From Methanotrichaceae archaeon (GTDB lineage: Archaea > Halobacteriota > Methanosarcinia > Methanotrichales > Methanotrichaceae): DNA of 64,000 bases. Within the stretch, counting starts at the first letter, position 1; each line of letters opens with the position of its first letter. The DNA is taken from contig CAWDLW010000030.1 of NCBI GenBank assembly GCA_963803145.1, positions 32,001 to 96,000 on the forward strand. The letters run 5' to 3'. Made by a program: the position numbers and the translations under genes. Positions 58,100-64,000 of the stretch are shown in pieces. The notes beneath the pieces are model-generated. The model did no database searches. It was not told where the DNA came from and saw only the letters and a list, made by a program, of their open reading frames with translations.

Positions 58100-59158
58100 T
58101 GTAGAGTCCCGAATGTTTTGACTTTATATACTCGGTCTCTACTTTTAGGTTCTATCTCTAACATTTAATTCAGTCTCCATACGATCGAGAAACATTTTCA
58201 GCTTGCACCCTTCTGGTAGCCTGGACCAGAAAGCACTATCTGGCGTCTGAAGATACCATTTTGTATCGAGCGATTCATGGAACCTAACAGTGTTATACCA
58301 ATCCATGAAATTGTCAAAATTATCGAACCTAGACCTGTTCTTTTGGTATGTATCATTCCATTTTTCGAATTTGCCATTTGTCTGAGGGTGTTTGACTCTC
58401 GCTTTAATATGGACTATTTTATTATCCTTAAGGAAGTTCTCAAATCTGCTATCGGCCTCTCCCTTTTTATCTCGTTTATTGGCATAGAACTGAGTTCCAT
58501 GATCAGTCATTACCTGACTGATTCCCGTCAGCCATCCAAAGTTATCCAGCGCCTCCTGAAGGAGCATGATACTATTCTCAGTAGTTTCTGCATCGAACTC
58601 TCCGCCTGCGAGAATTCGCCGCGAACTATCATCAAGAACTGCACATACCTTTTTTCCATTGAGCTTACTGGTATGCCAGTCCAGATGTACCAGTGTCAGG
58701 CTGTGCTTGCGTTCCCACCTGACCCAAGGTTTTCTACGCTTCGCTTTATTACGGTTTACTTTAGCTTGGCCATGATTCAGCAGAACCTTGTGAATTGTGT
58801 TGTGAGGGATATGTTTTCCGTACTTGAATTCTATGATCTTTTCAAGACGCCTTGCCCCCAAATTTTGCTCTTTGTTGGTTTCTAATATCAATCTCTCTGA
58901 TTCCTCATCAACATCTTTTTTCTTACGTCCAAATTTGTTAATGTTTAGGGGCATCTTGGTTTTCATCCAATGCATCCAGACTCGCTTAACGGTTGACTCG
59001 CTGACTTTCATCTCAGCAGCGATTCTTTTGGTGCTGATGTTACTGGTTTTAGCTCGGATTATGTACCGGATCTTCCTTTGTGTTAGCTTTACAACCTTAT
59101 TCTTCTTTCCCATGCCCCTTTGGTGGGTATATAAAGTCAAAGATTTCGGGACTACACA
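58100..59158 (-). mobile_element. IS481-family insertion sequence, intact
   Basis: TGT...ACA ends; 32-bp IRs (27/32); perfect 15-bp direct repeat GTAAGCATGTCAAGC at 58085-58099 and 59159-59173. Confidence 0.93.
58145..59113 (-). CDS. IS481 transposase (integrase core)
   Basis: HLDWH, LDDSSR, TDHGTQF, HPQTNGKFE, WYN..R.HESL. Confidence 0.92.
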   Translation of the reverse strand: MGKKNKVVKLTQRKIRYIIRAKTSNISTKRIAAEMKVSESTVKRVWMHWMKTKMPLNINKFGRKKKDVDEESERLILETNKEQNLGARRLEKIIEFKYGKHIPHNTIHKVLLNHGQAKVNRNKAKRRKPWVRWERKHSLTLVHLDWHTSKLNGKKVCAVLDDSSRRILAGGEFDAETTENSIMLLQEALDNFGWLTGISQVMTDHGTQFYANKRDKKGEADSRFENFLKDNKIVHIKARVKHPQTNGKFEKWNDTYQKNRSRFDNFDNFMDWYNTVRFHESLDTKWYLQTPDSAFWSRLPEGCKLKMFLDRMETELNVRDRT

Positions 59159-59280
59159 GTAAGCATGTCAAGCATCATTACATATAAGACAATGCCATCG
59201 AACTTGGCTCCCACTAGGCATATCTTAAACATCTTATGGCATGGCTAAAATAGCCGTCTATACAGGATAGATAGCTGGGG

Positions 59281-59805
59281 TCAGCCCGTATGTCCCAGCT
59301 CCTTGGCCTTGGCGAAGGCTGCTTCGGCCTCAGCATCTCGATGAAGAGCCTGAAGGGCTATGCCCGTGCCATACCAAGCTTCACCGTCGTTTTGATTTAT
59401 CTCGATGGCTCTATTAAAGTTTGGAATTGCCTCATCATCTTTGCCCAATAGACCAAGAGCCGAGCCTTTTGCTTTCCAGGGAAGAGCATTTTGTGGATTT
59501 ATCTTTATAGCCTCTTCATAACACCTAATAGCTTTATCACGTTGGCCTAATTCACTGAGAGCAAGGCCCTTCATAGTCCATGTATTCACATCCTGTGAGT
59601 TTATCCCAAGGGATTTATCAAAACATTCAATAGCATCTTCGTATTTGCATAATAGCACCAAAGCATGGCCTTTTCCCGCCCAAACTGATGCCCAATTTGG
59701 TTCTATCTTTATAACCTTGTCATAACACTTAATAGCTTCCTTATATCTACCCATTTGAAGAAATGCATTTCCAGTGTCAAACCATGCGCCTGCGGGATTC
59801 GCCAT
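59281..59805 (-). CDS. TPR protein
   Basis: Five 34-aa TPRs ending AEAAFAKAKELG. Confidence 0.85.
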   Translation of the reverse strand: MANPAGAWFDTGNAFLQMGRYKEAIKCYDKVIKIEPNWASVWAGKGHALVLLCKYEDAIECFDKSLGINSQDVNTWTMKGLALSELGQRDKAIRCYEEAIKINPQNALPWKAKGSALGLLGKDDEAIPNFNRAIEINQNDGEAWYGTGIALQALHRDAEAEAAFAKAKELGHTG

Positions 59806-59867
59806 ACAGCTTATTGTCGATGCAATTCAAGAAAAATGTTTGGATGCCGATGGCATCCCTTACAAGA

Positions 59868-60197
59868 TCAGTTTTGTTTCTGAGGCCGTATGATGGAGCC
59901 CTTTAAGCCAAAGCGGATACTCCTCATCCTCTTTTTCTGATAAGACTGAATCTTCTTGCTCAGGGGATGGCCTGGCTTAACTCTGAGATGAGTTAGAGAA
60001 ACAATGATCACTTCGCCATTTACATCAAGTATATGAACCATTATTCCACCAGATTCTCCTGAGTCATATACTTGTGTTATATTCAGCTCAGTATTCTCAT
60101 CAATCTTAATTCCCTTTTCAGAAAGATACTTGACTAATGCACTGGTAGGATATACAGGGATGGGCAGGTTCTCCTTCATCTCTTCGATCAGGCTCAT
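59868..60197 (-). CDS. Hypothetical protein (109 aa)
   Basis: Globular-looking ORF; an in-frame ATG upstream is followed by TGA, so the 5' end may be damaged. Confidence 0.65.
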   Translation of the reverse strand: MSLIEEMKENLPIPVYPTSALVKYLSEKGIKIDENTELNITQVYDSGESGGIMVHILDVNGEVIIVSLTHLRVKPGHPLSKKIQSYQKKRMRSIRFGLKGSIIRPQKQN

Positions 60198-60587
60198 GCT
60201 CTCTTCACTTTCTCACTTTTTGGACTTAAACATACATAAGCCATTGCATGAATTACAAGGGCATGTCCTGCCTTGAGCCAGCCTACACCAAGTGAAGTTA
60301 ATAGTGCACCTGGGAATAATGAAGAGATATCGTTAGGTGTGCCATCAATCATCTCCAAGGCCGATCAAAACATTCCATTTATACCGTGCTATAAAAATAT
60401 TTTGTTAACTTTTTTATTGTATACACACGACCGAATATTATTTCTGCCTGCAAACATAGAATCTAGAGCGCAAAGGCATGCCTTTGTAATCAGAGAAGGT
60501 ATTTATTAAATTGTACTCTGGCTTTGAATATCTGAAAAATGAAGAGATGGATTTACAGGTTGTATACACTCCCATGAGGTTCCAATT

Positions 60588-61394
60588 TTATGGTTTTTTA
60601 GCAATGAAATCATCAAAAAACTCTTTTAATCTATCTGAGAATCCCAATTTAAAATGCTCATCAAGCAACTTTACTGAACCAAATAATGCGTGAAAACCAG
60701 ATACTAGAGACATAGCTCCTAGATACTTAGGTTCTTCGCTCCATCTTATAACACCACCTGGTTCGCGGCGGATTGCTTCGGCCATACCCCATGAATCCCA
60801 ATGAACTAATCCAGACGCCTTTGTATAAACTGTATCATGAAGATCTTCAAGTCCAACTTCTTTAAAGATTTCTATGATCTTTTTCTCTATGAATTTGCCA
60901 TCTTCGTTCTCGTCCATTCTCCACTTAAAGCGATAGCTATCTGGAGTAAGTTCACTTTGAAATCTATCTTTAAATTCTGGCTTCAAGAATTGACGGCAAT
61001 ATTTGTCAAGGGCCTCTTCGATCTCTACCTTATGGGTAGCATATTCTGGTTTACCATACAAGTATCCATACTGCTTAAGCCAGACATAAGCTCTCCAATT
61101 AAGCGGACGCTCATTAGATTCTCCTGTTGCCCATGCTAGAACAGCATAGCCTTCAATCATGACTCTTGTAAGGATAAAAGCATCACGATATTGCTCAGCA
61201 TCTACTAGTCTACAGATACTTTCGTAATGTTCTATCTGTTTGCTTATGAAAGTCATTTCCATAAAGCCTAAGTGGTCAAATTCTGTAAAGTTTTTTATAC
61301 TATGTAGCATATCGATGGCTAGCTGACCCATCTTATCAGCGTATCTGTTTAATATCATTATATCTTTGTCAAGATCAAGAGTTTGGCCCGACAT
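60588..61394 (-). CDS. DUF5677-like helical protein
   Basis: A.IL.R.MIE and Y..AS..VH motifs; AT-rich. Confidence 0.65.
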   Translation of the reverse strand: MSGQTLDLDKDIMILNRYADKMGQLAIDMLHSIKNFTEFDHLGFMEMTFISKQIEHYESICRLVDAEQYRDAFILTRVMIEGYAVLAWATGESNERPLNWRAYVWLKQYGYLYGKPEYATHKVEIEEALDKYCRQFLKPEFKDRFQSELTPDSYRFKWRMDENEDGKFIEKKIIEIFKEVGLEDLHDTVYTKASGLVHWDSWGMAEAIRREPGGVIRWSEEPKYLGAMSLVSGFHALFGSVKLLDEHFKLGFSDRLKEFFDDFIAKKP

Positions 61395-61654
61395 AAAGAG
61401 GTAATTGCTAAGGTACTATGAAATACTAGCGCCCAGATAACCGTTATATTGATTGATGCAGAAGACACAAACCCCTGCATGCGGGCATCTAAAGCTTTGG
61501 ACTTCTGATTCTAATGAAAATCAGAAATTACATGCCAGCCGTATCGAAACAATCTCTATAGTAGCACTGGAGGATTCTTTTATGCCAGCGTGTCTCGCAT
61601 TAATACAATATAAGATAGGAAATCAACTAACTTACCCATCTCTCACACGTAAAC

Positions 61655-61735
61655 CGTCCCGGAGGGTAGCCCGTCGCGGCGATTGAGCGACAGCCCGTAA
61701 ACAGCTAGCGCGGGAGCGAAGCGACTCGCGGGCAT
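61655..61735. repeat. GC-rich structured non-coding element (long copy)
   Basis: GAGGGTAGCCCGTCGCGGCGATTGAGCGACAG...GCTAGCGCGGGAGCGAAGCGACTCGCG; partial copy at 22412. Confidence 0.5.
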
Positions 61736-61957
61736 TCCAGAATTAGAGCGGTGTAAAGTTGACTAAGACTTGGCTTATGGTCAGATAGTAAAGTTTGATC
61801 CTGGAGGAATCCAAGCTTTTTACGGCCTGAACTTTTCGGGTAGAAAAAAGAAGCTGGACCGCTTCAAGCCAAGATCAATACCTTAGAGTCTATGATTGTT
61901 CTTTTTTAAATAACAGACTCATGCAAAATTTGTTTGTAAATATATGACATATTGCTT

Positions 61958-63022
61958 TTACTTGAACCGTCTGATGAAAGATTTGTCTATCCAGCTCTTG
62001 AGCGAATATATGAGCCTCGTCGGAGCACCAATGCATACTTTTCCGTAGACTCCCACTGCACAATCGCAACCCAGAGATATCAGTGCAACCTGGCTATCGG
62101 TGCTGGCACGTACTGAGTACCTTTCTAGTGGCTTGCCTTCTGCCAGCCTCGTCAGGTTTTTGGCCACATGTTTTGCCTGGCGCTCTGCCTCAAGTGCGGT
62201 CTTTGTTGCCAGCTTTCCATCGATCTCTATCCAGGCACAATCACCGATTGCAAATGTATCGTTTGTGGCAAGAAGATAGGAATCCGCCGCAATCCAGCCA
62301 TTCTTCTTCGGCATATCCAGATTTTGAATGAACTCAGGCGGCTTTACTCCCGCAGTCCAGATTGCCATGTCGCAATCCAATGATGAGCCGTCTGTGAAGA
62401 GTATGCTGTCCTCCTTAACCTCACTTATCATAGCAGATGTGAGGACATTGACACCCTTTTTGGATAATGCATTCTCAATCAGCTTTGATGTTGCAGGTGA
62501 GAACTGCGGAAGCACGCGATCCTTGGCCTCGATTACATAAATGCTTGCATCAAGACCTTCTGTGAGGACGCATGCTGTCTCAATGCCTGTCAATCCGGAT
62601 CCTATTATCATTATCCTCTCAGGATACCTATCCTCAACGAATCTCCTTGCCCTTTTGGTCTCCTCGAGTGTGCTGATGGAAAATGTATGCTCAATGCCCT
62701 TTAGGCCGAAGTAATTCTGGGCAGCTCCAACAGCGATTACAAGCAGATCATAATCCACCCGGGCGTTCTCACAGATTACGGTCTTATCCTCAAGCCGCAA
62801 TGCTTTTTCTCCAATAAGCTTGGCGCCGACACGATCGCAGAAAGGCTTGAGGGGTGCAGTTAGCTCCTGAAGCCGCGCTAATCCGCCCAGGTATTCAGGA
62901 TAAAGAGCCTGAAGCTCAATGTTCCTCTTGGGCTCCAGAAGTGTGAACTCAATTGGCCCAGGCGTTGCTACTCTGATCAGCTCGGCACCTGCTACACCTC
63001 CGCCAACGACCGCGACCTTCAT
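61958..63022 (-). CDS. NDH-2/pyridine nucleotide-disulfide oxidoreductase family flavoprotein, paralog 2
   Basis: Same motifs as 52538..53629 (QALYPEY, APLKPFCDRVGA, LECDMAIWT-like). Confidence 0.88.
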   Translation of the reverse strand: MKVAVVGGGVAGAELIRVATPGPIEFTLLEPKRNIELQALYPEYLGGLARLQELTAPLKPFCDRVGAKLIGEKALRLEDKTVICENARVDYDLLVIAVGAAQNYFGLKGIEHTFSISTLEETKRARRFVEDRYPERIMIIGSGLTGIETACVLTEGLDASIYVIEAKDRVLPQFSPATSKLIENALSKKGVNVLTSAMISEVKEDSILFTDGSSLDCDMAIWTAGVKPPEFIQNLDMPKKNGWIAADSYLLATNDTFAIGDCAWIEIDGKLATKTALEAERQAKHVAKNLTRLAEGKPLERYSVRASTDSQVALISLGCDCAVGVYGKVCIGAPTRLIYSLKSWIDKSFIRRFK

Positions 63023-63155
63023 TTCATCCTCGGCATATAAACAAGAAAAATGAGAGTTGAAGCATTAAACTTATTCCATAACGAATAAAATTGAACTTCA
63101 AAGGTTGCTGCTAATTAAAATAGAGCCAACAAGAAGTAGCAGTAATGGTGCAGAT

Positions 63156-63599
63156 ATGATCACAGTTTGCTTTGATGGACTTTGCTACCCCAAGAACCCA
63201 TGCGGCGTTGCAGCCTATGGATACCTTATTTATCGCGATAACCGGCTTATGCACAAAGGCTTCGGAGCTGTCGGCGAAGGAAAGGGAATGACAAACAACG
63301 TCGCTGAGTATGAGGGCCTGAAGGCCGCAGCGCAATGGCTCAAGGATAACAAAATAAATGAGAAGACAATTATAAAGGGCGACTCTCAGCTTGTGATAAA
63401 GCAGATGAAGGGCGAATGGGAAGTAAACTCCACAACATCAAAAAAGTATGTCCCTCAGATAAAGCGATTGCTTGAAGGCATGGATGTCAGCTTCATCTGG
63501 ACGCCCAGAGAAGAGAACCAGGAGGCAGACAAGCTATCAAGGGTGGCTTACGAAAGGTATAAAAGTCAAAAGCAGAATCTAAAGCGAGCCGAATCTTGA
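63156..63599 (+). CDS. rnhA: Ribonuclease HI (archaeal type 1)
   Basis: FDG, TNNVAEY, GDSQLVIKQM, W.PRE.N.EADKL. Confidence 0.92.
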   Translation: MITVCFDGLCYPKNPCGVAAYGYLIYRDNRLMHKGFGAVGEGKGMTNNVAEYEGLKAAAQWLKDNKINEKTIIKGDSQLVIKQMKGEWEVNSTTSKKYVPQIKRLLEGMDVSFIWTPREENQEADKLSRVAYERYKSQKQNLKRAES

Positions 63600-63768
63600 T
63601 TATTTTCCAGTGTGCCCAATGCCACTCACAGGGGCGAGTAGTTGAGATAAGAATTAAAATATATTCCTATGTAGTTGCATGTAACGGATAGATAACGTAC
63701 TTTCAGTGATATCACTATCAGGGTGATTACGTTTGGAGGTATATCTTTTATTTAAAAACTATCAGCCC

Positions 63769-64000
<232 letters not shown>

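Noticed and set aside
59200-61900. Co-oriented small ORFs as a further integron cassette array
   Set aside because: No attC-like palindromes found in the spacers by eye

Overview
Chromosomal window from an acetoclastic methanogenic archaeon, most likely Methanothrix/Methanotrichaceae (inferred from gene content and protein styles; no search was run). Core blocks: a complete-order ACDS operon on the minus strand (cdhA-B-C, two tiny Ala/Pro-rich paralogs, cooC, cdhD, and cdhE running off the left edge), cobalamin genes, homocysteine-synthesis genes, iorAB, purP, fwdDBAC, leuD-leuB, tRNA-Leu(CAG), an intron-containing tRNA-Lys(UUU), the RNA polymerase/rpl30e/nusA/rps12/rps7 operon, RNase HI and the end of hemB. 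There are three accessory patches. The first (21-23.6 kb) holds vapBC, leuC-like and DUF262 remnants and a GC-rich motif. The second (27.4-34.9 kb) holds a MITE, secreted proteins and a broken IS5 beside tRNA-Leu. The third (53.7-61.9 kb) holds katG, IS630, IS481 and hypotheticals between two NDH-2-like paralogs. Top observations: (1) the GC-rich katG looks like a complete integron gene cassette, with a 58-bp attC downstream and a complementary GTTAGCT core site upstream, and no integrase in the window; (2) the C-terminal tether of the ACDS beta subunit appears detached into two separately encoded adaptor peptides, and CdhC ends in a wing-less winged helix they may complete; (3) an unlisted 48-aa ORF is translationally coupled to a ~1280-aa pure-TPR protein; (4) a microhomology-built scar joins leuC/hacA and DUF262 fragments.
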